Shown here piece after piece: positions 38,528 to 47,232 of a stretch of 64,000 nucleotides of DNA; positions within the stretch are counted from its first letter, which is position 1, and each line of letters begins with the position of its first letter. Source of the stretch: Alistipes sp. (GTDB lineage Bacteria > Bacteroidota > Bacteroidia > Bacteroidales > Rikenellaceae). Where the stretch lies: contig JAVBTS010000002.1 of NCBI GenBank assembly GCA_031556075.1, positions 14,016 to 78,015 on the forward strand, read 5' to 3'. Position numbers and translations under genes: made by a program. Below the pieces are notes generated by a model, which was not told the DNA's origin, made no database searches, and saw only the letters and a list, made by a program, of their open reading frames with translations.

Positions 38528-39280
38528 CTACGAGAAGAGCATACCGCCGTTGATGTCGATATTCGTGCCGGTGATGTAGCTCGACTCGCTGCAGGCGAGG
38601 AAGCATACCAGGTCGGCAACCTCCATCGCCTCACCCTCGCGACGCAGCGGAGCGGTGTTGTGGAGATTCTCGCGAGCCGCGGGAGCGGTGAAGCGGTCGT
38701 GGAACGAGGTGTTGATCATACCCGGAGCCAGCGCGTTGACGCGGATACCCTTGGGGCCGAGTTCCTTGGCCATCGAACGCGTGTGGCACATAACGGCAGC
38801 CTTGGCCGTGGCATACATCGAAGCGCCGGGGCCGCCGCCGTCGCGAGCAGCCTGCGACGAGAAGTTCACGATCGCACCGCCCTCGGTCATCATCGGAACG
38901 ACCTCGCGGGTGCACAGGAATACCGAACGCATGTTGACGTCCATCAGGAAGTCATACCAGGCCTCGTCCTGCTCGGTGATCTGTTTGCGGCCTACGATAC
39001 CGCCTACGACGTTCACCAGAACGTCCACGCGGCCGCCGAACGCAGCGCCTGCCTCGGCGAAGAGCTTCTTCACATCGGCAGCCTTGGTCATATCGCCCTG
39101 AACGGCGATCGCCTGACCGCCGTCGGCCTTGATCATGTCGAGCGTAGCCTGCGCATCGTCGGCATTGTCGAAATAGTTGAGGCATACTTTTGCACCCTCG
39201 GCAGCAAGTTTAACGGAGATTGCACGGCCCAAATCGCGTGCGCCGCCCGTTACAACGGCAACTTTTCCAGTCAATTTCAT
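38528..39280 (-). CDS. SDR oxidoreductase, probable DEH (4-deoxy-L-erythro-5-hexoseulose uronate) reductase
   Basis: TGGARDLG, SSQAARDGGGPGASMYATAK; position in an alginate PUL. Confidence 0.82.
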   Translation of the reverse strand: MKLTGKVAVVTGGARDLGRAISVKLAAEGAKVCLNYFDNADDAQATLDMIKADGGQAIAVQGDMTKAADVKKLFAEAGAAFGGRVDVLVNVVGGIVGRKQITEQDEAWYDFLMDVNMRSVFLCTREVVPMMTEGGAIVNFSSQAARDGGGPGASMYATAKAAVMCHTRSMAKELGPKGIRVNALAPGMINTSFHDRFTAPAARENLHNTAPLRREGEAMEVADLVCFLACSESSYITGTNIDINGGMLFS

Positions 39281-39354
39281 TTCTTTATATGTATTAAAAA
39301 AGGTTATTTGTCTTTCATCTCGCCCTCGTCAAAGTCCCTTGTCAAAGGGGAGGG

Positions 39355-40800
39355 TTATTTGTTTTGTTGTTCGATTCTGCCTCCGAAAAGGAATACGCAA
39401 AGCAGGCTTGCGGGAACCAGCGCGGCACCCAGCACGAAGAAGAGCGTCCAGTCGCCGCCCTTGGTGATCACAGGTACGCAGAGCATCGAGATGATCGTGC
39501 CCAGCACAGCCGCCGCGCCGCCGATTCCGGCCAGCGAGCCCACGGTCTTACCCGTCTGCAGGTCGCTCACGAGGGTCTGGATATTGGTCATCACGAACTG
39601 GTATCCGCCCAGGATGAATGCCATCATCACGACGGCGAACATGGCCGTCGGCGCCGTAGCAGCGAAGAACATCCCCGGGAGGATGACACATGCACCGACG
39701 ATCATCGCCGTCTTGCGCGCGAAGTTGACGCTCTTGCCGCGGCTCATCAGCAGGCCCGAGAACCAGCCTCCGGCAATCGAGCCGACAGCTGCGCCCACGA
39801 AGGGAACCCATGCCGACATCGCGACCTCTTTCAGGTCGAGGTTATGCACCTCCACCAGATAGATCGGCAGCCAGGTCACGAACATCCACCAGATAGGATC
39901 GAGGAAAAAGCGACCCAGAATCACCGAATAGTTCTTCTTCTCGCCGAGCAGCTTGCCCCACGATTTGGCCTTATCGTTCGAAACGCGGGCCTCGGGTTGT
40001 CCCGAGAGGATATATTCGCGCTCCTCTTCGGTCATCCAGGGGTGTTCCTTGGGACCTTTCTTGTTGATCAGCAGCCACGGAATAACCCAGATAACACCCA
40101 GCGAACCCACCACGACGAGCGTCGTGCGCCATCCGAATGCAAGGAACAGCAGCGGAATCAAGATCGGAGCGATCACCGAACCCGCCGAAGCCGCCGCGCC
40201 GAAGATACCCTGCGCCAGCGCGCGCTCCTTCTGCGGGAACCATTCGGCGTTGGATTTGGTCGTTCCGGGCCAGGGACCCGCCTCGCCCAGTCCGAGCATC
40301 ATGCGAAAAAATGTCAGCGACTTCAGTCCCGACGACAGCGAAGCAAGCGCGTCGGCGCTACCCCACACGATCGCCGAGAGGGTGAATCCCTTGCGCGTGC
40401 CGATCTTGTCGTAGATCTTGCCCGAGACCAGCTGGCTGATGCCGTAGGCGATCATGAAGAATATCGTTATCAGTGCCAACAACTCTTTGGTCTGCTGTTT
40501 CTGGCTCTCGACCGTGTCGTTAGGATCGACCAGTCCGAGCTTCACGGCGATACCGCCGCGGTTGATGAAGGCTATCGTGCCGCTGGGCTCCAGCGTAACG
40601 GTCGCCGCGGGCAAGACAAGCTCTCCTTCGGAGGTCATAACCGTATAGGTATCCGCCCCGGCATCGTATACATACTCGCTCTGTGCACACTTTGTGTTGG
40701 GTGCCCACATGTAGTTGAGCGTACCGCGGTCGAGGTAGTTGACGATCGTCACGATGACTATAAGCCCCAGGACGACCCAACGCATTCCTTTGATTTTCAT
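39355..40800 (-). CDS. MFS hexuronate transporter (ExuT-like)
   Basis: NYLDR, GLGEAGPWPG, EWFPQKERA, RFFLDPIWW; ~12 TM segments. Confidence 0.9.
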   Translation of the reverse strand: MKIKGMRWVVLGLIVIVTIVNYLDRGTLNYMWAPNTKCAQSEYVYDAGADTYTVMTSEGELVLPAATVTLEPSGTIAFINRGGIAVKLGLVDPNDTVESQKQQTKELLALITIFFMIAYGISQLVSGKIYDKIGTRKGFTLSAIVWGSADALASLSSGLKSLTFFRMMLGLGEAGPWPGTTKSNAEWFPQKERALAQGIFGAAASAGSVIAPILIPLLFLAFGWRTTLVVVGSLGVIWVIPWLLINKKGPKEHPWMTEEEREYILSGQPEARVSNDKAKSWGKLLGEKKNYSVILGRFFLDPIWWMFVTWLPIYLVEVHNLDLKEVAMSAWVPFVGAAVGSIAGGWFSGLLMSRGKSVNFARKTAMIVGACVILPGMFFAATAPTAMFAVVMMAFILGGYQFVMTNIQTLVSDLQTGKTVGSLAGIGGAAAVLGTIISMLCVPVITKGGDWTLFFVLGAALVPASLLCVFLFGGRIEQQNK

Positions 40801-40812
40801 TCGCGCCGAGGA

Positions 40813-41157
40813 TTAGAGTTTCAGAAAGTCTGCGCGAACGGGCGAGAAGGTGTCGATCAACACGCCCGCCTCGAGGCATACGCATCCGTGGAGCTCGTCG
40901 GGAGCCACGTAGTAGCCGTCACCCTCTTCGAGTATCTGCACTTTGCCGCCGATATTGAGTTCAAACTTACCGCTGGCGACGTAGGTCGCCTGGCTGTGGT
41001 AGTGCTCGTGCTGCGAGCCCACGGCTCCCTTGTCGAATTTGACCTTCACGATCATCAGTTGGCCGTCGTAGCCCATGATCTGACGGTTCACGCCCGGCGC
41101 GGGGTTTTCCCATTTGATGTCTTTTGCAAGCTGATACGTTCCATTCCAAGTTTTCAT
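40813..41157 (-). CDS. kdgF: Cupin, KdgF-like
   Basis: GVNRQIMG...HEHYHSQ...HG...LIDTFSPVRADFL. Confidence 0.85.
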   Translation of the reverse strand: MKTWNGTYQLAKDIKWENPAPGVNRQIMGYDGQLMIVKVKFDKGAVGSQHEHYHSQATYVASGKFELNIGGKVQILEEGDGYYVAPDELHGCVCLEAGVLIDTFSPVRADFLKL

Positions 41158-41179
41158 ATTTCTATAGTTTTTAGATTAG

Positions 41180-43387
41180 TTATTTCATGATTACGTCATA
41201 GGCGCCGGTCCACGCGAAGGCACCCTCGGCGGTCTTGACCTTGTGTTTTGCTTTGGCATCGGCCGTAGCGTTGGCCACGCAGAGCACGACCGAATGTCCG
41301 CCTGCATACTCGGCACGGGCAACGGTGTAGTCGGCCGTATCGGCGAGCAGCTTCACGCCCGTGCACGACGAGGTGAGGTTGTCCGACTGTTCGACCTGCA
41401 GGTCATAGGTTCCGTGGCTCTCTATCGACGAGAAGAACGTGTGGTTCGTCTTGCCCTGCTCGCGGATCATATAGCCGCGCGCGGGACGCAGGTTGAAGTC
41501 GGGGTCGTTGGCGCCCACTTCGACCATGACCATTTCGCTCTGGGGCGTGGTCGCCGTATTGACGCTGTAGAAACGGTCGCCCGCGATCCATGTGAAGCAG
41601 GTCATGGGGCTCTCGGTATTGCGCCCCGAAGCCATTTTCCACAGATGCCTGTACCCTTCGGCCTCGCCCAGAACCGACATAGACGTCAGCGCCTTCTCAT
41701 AAGGGAAATTGAGGCTTACCATATGGCCGCCGTACCAGACGGGATAGTCGTACTTATGAGCCGATGCGCTCTCGGCGCGAAGAACGTCGAGGATAAGCGG
41801 ATACTGCAGGAACGGAGTGGTGATATAGGCCACCGTGCGCTGCATCTTAACGCCTGTATAGGCGGCGGCATCCTTGGCCGACATGATCTGGATGCCGGGC
41901 TTTGCGAAATCCGTGAACCAGATATCGGCGTGGTGCTTCATCGCCTCGTCGTACTTGCCGCCGAAGTGCGAACCCTCGTCCACGACAAGCGTGTTGTGGG
42001 CCACGGTCGACATGGCGAACGACTTGTTTTCGAGCGTATAATGGCCCTTGTATTTGGCTTCGATATTGAGCCAGCGGGCGGCGCCATAATCTACCAGCAC
42101 CTCGTTGTCATTATCGTAGTATGCGATCGTGAGTTTGTCGTAGTGGCCGTGGCTCAAACCGTGGGCCGTGGCTTTGAGGGTCACGGCACTGTTGAGCGCC
42201 GGATCGGTCGAGCGGATAACGGCCACACCACCCTCGGTGCCGTCGCGACCGTCGCGATAGAGCGCGCTCACGAATTTCAGCGGCCGGGCCTCGCCATGGT
42301 GGATAGCGCGCGACACGGCGTAACCGGCATCGGTGGGCAGCACCCAGCCCTGATAGCGCTGGGCGACATCCAGAAGTTGCTTGTTCGACTTATCGGCATT
42401 GTAGGCGATATTCACGGCATAGACCAGCTCCTGGGCATCGTAGCCTTTCACCAGCGCGTCGTTGAAACGCATAAAACGCCCGTCATAGGCCAGCTGCAGC
42501 AGCGTATCGACCGCCTTGAGCAAAATACCGTCGCGGTACCGGAAGATATTCAGTTCGGGCATCGTATGGTCGATGCACTGGGCGAAGACCATGAACGGCC
42601 AGATGGCGTAGCGCTGATAATAGGCACCCTCTGTGAAATAGCCGTCAGGCGAGAAGAGATAATCCAGCTGCCGGATGAAACCACCCTTTTTGCCGGTGCC
42701 GTCGGTACCGTACAAAGCCTTGTTCACCAATGCTTCGTCTCCCATGGCCATGCCGATCATACCTACGGCCGAAGTGGCCCATGTGGCGTGGTTGTGCATA
42801 CGGTTGAAGACCTTGTTATTCTGTCGGTTACCCTCCATGCCGTACATCAGGAAGTCGGCCATGGGACGGAACAGATTCGCCTCGACGTTCGACCGCTCGG
42901 CAGGGGTCATATAATCATACACGCAGTCGTAAGCCATGGCGGTATGCACCAGCCACACGCTTTCGTTCAACGTCTGCCAGAAGATGCGGCCCGGCGCCGG
43001 CGACAAGGTCATGGGGTGGAATCCCAGCGTGGGATAGAGCTTGGCGTAGGCAGCGAGCATATCGGCCACGCGGCGGGCGTATTTCGCCTCGCCCGTAAGC
43101 TGATAGGCGATGCCGCAGTCGACCATTTCGTAGTAGTTGAGCTTGTGGCGCTCGTGGGTGTAGCCGCCGCCGCCGTCCTTGGGCTGCGGAACAACGATAG
43201 GTGCCGCCACGGCGGCATTGGCGCCGGCCATCGTGCGCTCGAGCGAGAGGAAGAACGACGGTGCGCACTCTTTATCGCCGCACATCTCGGCCACGCCCGC
43301 CTTGGTGAGCATCAGCGAGGGGTGGTCGCCGGCAAGTGCGGCAACAGCCGCCAGGGAAAAGGCTATCGTGAGAATGGTCTTTTTCAT
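41180..43387 (-). CDS. Oligoalginate lyase, PL17 (alginate lyase plus heparinase II/III domains)
   Basis: PKDGGGGYTHERHKLNY, FWQTLNESVW, HNHATW, PDGYFTEGAYYQRY, HGHYDKL. Confidence 0.92.
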   Translation of the reverse strand: MKKTILTIAFSLAAVAALAGDHPSLMLTKAGVAEMCGDKECAPSFFLSLERTMAGANAAVAAPIVVPQPKDGGGGYTHERHKLNYYEMVDCGIAYQLTGEAKYARRVADMLAAYAKLYPTLGFHPMTLSPAPGRIFWQTLNESVWLVHTAMAYDCVYDYMTPAERSNVEANLFRPMADFLMYGMEGNRQNNKVFNRMHNHATWATSAVGMIGMAMGDEALVNKALYGTDGTGKKGGFIRQLDYLFSPDGYFTEGAYYQRYAIWPFMVFAQCIDHTMPELNIFRYRDGILLKAVDTLLQLAYDGRFMRFNDALVKGYDAQELVYAVNIAYNADKSNKQLLDVAQRYQGWVLPTDAGYAVSRAIHHGEARPLKFVSALYRDGRDGTEGGVAVIRSTDPALNSAVTLKATAHGLSHGHYDKLTIAYYDNDNEVLVDYGAARWLNIEAKYKGHYTLENKSFAMSTVAHNTLVVDEGSHFGGKYDEAMKHHADIWFTDFAKPGIQIMSAKDAAAYTGVKMQRTVAYITTPFLQYPLILDVLRAESASAHKYDYPVWYGGHMVSLNFPYEKALTSMSVLGEAEGYRHLWKMASGRNTESPMTCFTWIAGDRFYSVNTATTPQSEMVMVEVGANDPDFNLRPARGYMIREQGKTNHTFFSSIESHGTYDLQVEQSDNLTSSCTGVKLLADTADYTVARAEYAGGHSVVLCVANATADAKAKHKVKTAEGAFAWTGAYDVIMK

Positions 43388-43393
43388 TGTCGC

Positions 43394-45661
43394 TTATTTT
43401 TTCACGCCAATGCCCATTTCGGCAAGACGAGAGCCCGCCTTCTGCGAGAAATCGAATGCCGCGGCATCGGTGTATGTGGGTTCAATATTGTAGCTCTCGC
43501 CTTTGACGACCGTGCCGGTCATCGAGAGCACGTGGCCCGAATTCCAGAAGTTACAGTCGGCAACCGAGACCTTTTCCCAGGTCGCTTCGTCGAGGCGCAC
43601 AGTAACGCCGCCGCGTCCGCTGTTGGAGAACGCGCAGCGAGTGACTTCCAAGACCTGGGGACCGATCAGACGGATCACCGAACCGCGCTCCTTGTTGCAG
43701 CAATCCTCGAAGTTGCAGTTGCGAACGGCAACATACGGTCCTGCGGTCGATTCATCGCTGCCGCCGCGGTAGATGTCGATCGGCAGGCCGAGCAGGCGGA
43801 AAAACGAGCAGTTTTCGATGATGACGTCCTCGGCGTTATAACGGCCCTGGTCGTCCCGCTCGGCGGCATAGCTTATGGCATTGCCCGAGAGGTTGCGGAA
43901 AACGGAGTTGCGGATCTCTACGCGCTCGGCGAATGTCGCCGAAGTGCCTTTTATGGCGAAGAAACCGCCCTCGCCAAAGTTCCAGAACTCGCAATTATTC
44001 ACATAGAGGTTGTAGGGACGGATCATATTGGCATCGGTCGAGATACCGGCCTTGGCCAGCGCCATGCCGTCGGCCGGATCGCCGCAGAACGAGATGCCCT
44101 CGATGCGCAGATCGCCGCCGTCGGCTATCGTGATCATATTATCGCCCTTGCGGCTACTGAAGCGGACAATGGGGCGCTCGCCGCCCTTGGCGCCGCGGAT
44201 CGTCAGCGGAACTTTCACGACCATGGCGCGCGATATGGCATAGTCGCCGCCCGCGTCGACGAGCTCGATGACGTCGCCGGCCACGGCCTTCTCGACAATG
44301 GCAGGAAGGTCGTCGCCCGCCTTAACAAGATAGGCTACGGCGGTCTTTAAACGGTCGAAATCGGAAGTTATCGTAATCGGCCCGAGCCACGACACACCCT
44401 TGCCCTTGCGCGCGACCTCTTCCGAGGGCGCTCCGGCAACCTTTACCATCACGTTTTTGAAACCCGCGATGTCGGTCTTAACGCCAAGGTTCACCATGTT
44501 GTCGCGGAATGTAAAACCGTCCACTTTGTCGATCGCCATAAAGGGCGCGTCGACGTTTTTATTGCTTATCGTATTATTTGCAAAGAGCACTCTTTCGGGC
44601 GCCAGCGTGCGCTCCATATCCTTACCCGTGCCGAACTCGATGTTGGAGCAATCGACAAAGAGGTTGTTCGTGATCTCGACGTTCTCGACCAGGCAGTAGC
44701 GGTTGGGCAGCGAGTTGGGCACGGCGTCCATCACGGCCAGCGCCGAGAAGAAGCGCGTTCCCGCGATGCCATAGAGCTTGTTGCCCGTCACCTTGTGGCC
44801 CGCGTTGACGATACGGATACCGCCCGTATTGCGGATACCATTGCCGACGAAGATATTATCCTGGACGAGGTTGCGGTCGCCATGGCGCAATGCCAACACG
44901 CCCTGCGACTCCCAGAAATAGTTGCGGCGGATGATGTTATCGCTCGATTTGACCGACACCACCTCGACCTCGCCGTTGCACCGGTCGAAGAGATTGTCCT
45001 CGACGATGGTGTTCGACGAGCTATAGGCCTGCTGCGAGGTTCCGATGCGAATGGTCTCGGCGCCGTTCGATCCGTAGACCGGACGCGGACCGAAATGGTT
45101 GTGGTCGATGCGGTGAAAATTCTGAAGACCGCGCTCCTCGTTCAGCTGCACGATAAGGGTCACGCCGAGGCTCAACTTGCCCGTCAAAGAGCAGTGGTCG
45201 ATGCGGTTGCGCTTGCCGTAGAGTATCACGTAGCTGTAGGCCGTATTGCGGCGTGCAGGGTTGTAGTTGTCGATCGCACACTCCGTCATGCGGCAGTCGT
45301 TGGCCACATCCTGACCGCAGCGGAACTCCACGACCGAGCCCGAAAGGGCGTCGCCGTTACGGAAATTCAGCCCCCGGATCTCGAGCCACTCGCCGGCAAA
45401 ACGCAGCGAGGAGCGGCCCTCGACGACCACTGCGCCCGGAGTTGCAGCCTCGATCGTGATCGGTTTTTTCTCTGTGCCGTTGCCGCGCCACTTGAGTTCC
45501 ATGTTGCTGTAGGTGCCGTCTGTTACGACGATGCGGTCGCCGGGCTGTGCCGTTCGGAGCGTCGCGGCGACCTCACCCAGCGCCACGCGGTATTCACGCG
45601 CCGCGAGCGGAGAGGTCGACAAGAGCAGAAATGCAAAAAGTATCGGTTTCAGGTTCTTCAT
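43394..45661 (-). CDS. PL6 alginate lyase (two beta-helix domains)
   Basis: SNGAETIRIGTS, CNGEVEVVSVKS, LRHG; second domain YRGGSDESTAGP. Confidence 0.9.
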   Translation of the reverse strand: MKNLKPILFAFLLLSTSPLAAREYRVALGEVAATLRTAQPGDRIVVTDGTYSNMELKWRGNGTEKKPITIEAATPGAVVVEGRSSLRFAGEWLEIRGLNFRNGDALSGSVVEFRCGQDVANDCRMTECAIDNYNPARRNTAYSYVILYGKRNRIDHCSLTGKLSLGVTLIVQLNEERGLQNFHRIDHNHFGPRPVYGSNGAETIRIGTSQQAYSSSNTIVEDNLFDRCNGEVEVVSVKSSDNIIRRNYFWESQGVLALRHGDRNLVQDNIFVGNGIRNTGGIRIVNAGHKVTGNKLYGIAGTRFFSALAVMDAVPNSLPNRYCLVENVEITNNLFVDCSNIEFGTGKDMERTLAPERVLFANNTISNKNVDAPFMAIDKVDGFTFRDNMVNLGVKTDIAGFKNVMVKVAGAPSEEVARKGKGVSWLGPITITSDFDRLKTAVAYLVKAGDDLPAIVEKAVAGDVIELVDAGGDYAISRAMVVKVPLTIRGAKGGERPIVRFSSRKGDNMITIADGGDLRIEGISFCGDPADGMALAKAGISTDANMIRPYNLYVNNCEFWNFGEGGFFAIKGTSATFAERVEIRNSVFRNLSGNAISYAAERDDQGRYNAEDVIIENCSFFRLLGLPIDIYRGGSDESTAGPYVAVRNCNFEDCCNKERGSVIRLIGPQVLEVTRCAFSNSGRGGVTVRLDEATWEKVSVADCNFWNSGHVLSMTGTVVKGESYNIEPTYTDAAAFDFSQKAGSRLAEMGIGVKK

Positions 45662-45671
45662 TATAGGTTGG

Positions 45672-47135
45672 TTATTTTATTTTCCACGAGCATCCCGCCG
45701 CGTCGCTGATGAGTTTGGCGGCAGCCTTCGCGGCATCCTTCGTCGCCTTCACGACCGGGTCGGAAGCGGTCGTCTGAAAGGCGGTTATGTTTTTGAATTT
45801 GCCGTTATAGAATGCGTTGCCTATCCACGTAACGTCGGGCGCAGGCGAAGCCACGTAGTCGACGATATAGTAATTCTTGTCGGACGTCGAGACCGTATTG
45901 TCTTCGATGCGGGTCGTTACGACCGGCAGGGTCTGGGTCGTGCGGCTGCCGTAGTTGACGCTGAAGGCCGTTTTGCAGTCGACGATGGTGTTGTTGCGCA
46001 CCACGGAGTTTTTGACCTGCCAGTAGCCGTTCAGCGCGGCATCCTTCTCGCCGCGCACCAGGCATATCGCCGTGCGGTAGCCCGAACCCACAAGACCCTC
46101 GAGGTAGTTGTTCTCGACCGTGTGGTTCTCACCGATAAGGCGTATGCCGCCCGTGCCCTCCAACTTGTTGCCGAAGATGTAGTTGCCCGAAGCGACGCAG
46201 TTGTTGCCGTGCCGCATTGTGAGCGTTCCCTGGTTCTCGGTGAAGACGTTGCCGCGGTAGACGTTGCCGCACGATTTGTTGGAGATATTCTCGCCCTGCT
46301 CGCCGTGGCAATGGTAGAAATAGTTGCCCTCGACCACACATTCGGCGGCTTGCATCGAATAGTCGCTCGTGCCGATGCGGATCGTCTCCTGGCCGTTGAG
46401 CGCCTTGTCGTCGGAGCCGTAGAGCGAGGTCGGACGCGTGAAGCTGTTGCCCGAGATCGTATGCTTGTAAGGCTTGGCAGGGTTGGCTTCGAGCCATACC
46501 ACCAGCAGTGTTCCGATGTTGCGTTTGTCGTGCAGCGTACAGCCGACGACGCTGTTTTCGGAGCCGTAGACCGACACCCACTTGGTGTCGATGGCGACCG
46601 ACTCCTCGGTGCCGTAACCCGTTATCGCGCAGTCTTTCAGGACGCAGCCTTCGGTACCTTTGTTGATCGTGACCACCGACTTGCCGCTGACCGGCTCGGG
46701 GTCCTGCCACCACATTCCGCTCACCTCGACCGACGAGCCCGAGATGGTCAGGCGCGAAGTGCCGGTGAAGACGACTCCGCCCGGGGTCTCGGCGCGCAGC
46801 ACAACGGGATTTCCGGCCGTTCCCGCGCCTTTGATCTCGGCCACGACATCGGCGTAGGTGCCGTCACGCCATATGATCACGCTGCCTGCGGCGACCGTTC
46901 CCAGCGCTTTGAGTTCAGCGGCCGACGAGACGTATGTAGTACCCACCGAGATCGGATCGTCGTCCTCTTCGTCGGGATCGGGATCGTCGAGATCTTCCTC
47001 CTCCTCGGAGTCGTTGGTGTTGTCGGGGTCGGTCTGCTCCTCTTTATCGTTGTCGCGATCGTCTGTTGCGGATTCGCTGCAAGAGCAGCCCAGCATCAGA
47101 GCCAGCACGGCGGTTATCCAGAATATTCTGCGCAT
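45672..47135 (-). CDS. PL6 alginate lyase, surface lipoprotein
   Basis: Lipobox, acidic linker, NGQETIRIGTS, GENISNKS, TLTMRHG. Confidence 0.88.
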   Translation of the reverse strand: MRRIFWITAVLALMLGCSCSESATDDRDNDKEEQTDPDNTNDSEEEEDLDDPDPDEEDDDPISVGTTYVSSAAELKALGTVAAGSVIIWRDGTYADVVAEIKGAGTAGNPVVLRAETPGGVVFTGTSRLTISGSSVEVSGMWWQDPEPVSGKSVVTINKGTEGCVLKDCAITGYGTEESVAIDTKWVSVYGSENSVVGCTLHDKRNIGTLLVVWLEANPAKPYKHTISGNSFTRPTSLYGSDDKALNGQETIRIGTSDYSMQAAECVVEGNYFYHCHGEQGENISNKSCGNVYRGNVFTENQGTLTMRHGNNCVASGNYIFGNKLEGTGGIRLIGENHTVENNYLEGLVGSGYRTAICLVRGEKDAALNGYWQVKNSVVRNNTIVDCKTAFSVNYGSRTTQTLPVVTTRIEDNTVSTSDKNYYIVDYVASPAPDVTWIGNAFYNGKFKNITAFQTTASDPVVKATKDAAKAAAKLISDAAGCSWKIK

Positions 47136-47157
47136 AGTTTTGTGTTTTTAAGCGTTA

Positions 47158-47192
47158 CCGGAACACTCCGCCTCTCTGACGGAATGTTCCGG
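47158..47192. other. Intergenic hairpin inside the PUL operon
   Basis: CCGGAACACTCCG...CGGAATGTTCCGG; no clear U-tail on minus. Confidence 0.5.
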
Positions 47193-47232
47193 CTTGCGCT
47201 TCCCAAAAATATTTATAAAAACCTGTAAATCC

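Noticed and set aside
41180-47135. Heparin or chondroitin PUL, suggested by heparinase II/III and chondroitinase-B domain names
   Set aside because: No sulfatase or GH88; the PL17 motifs with KdgF and DEH-reductase context point to alginate
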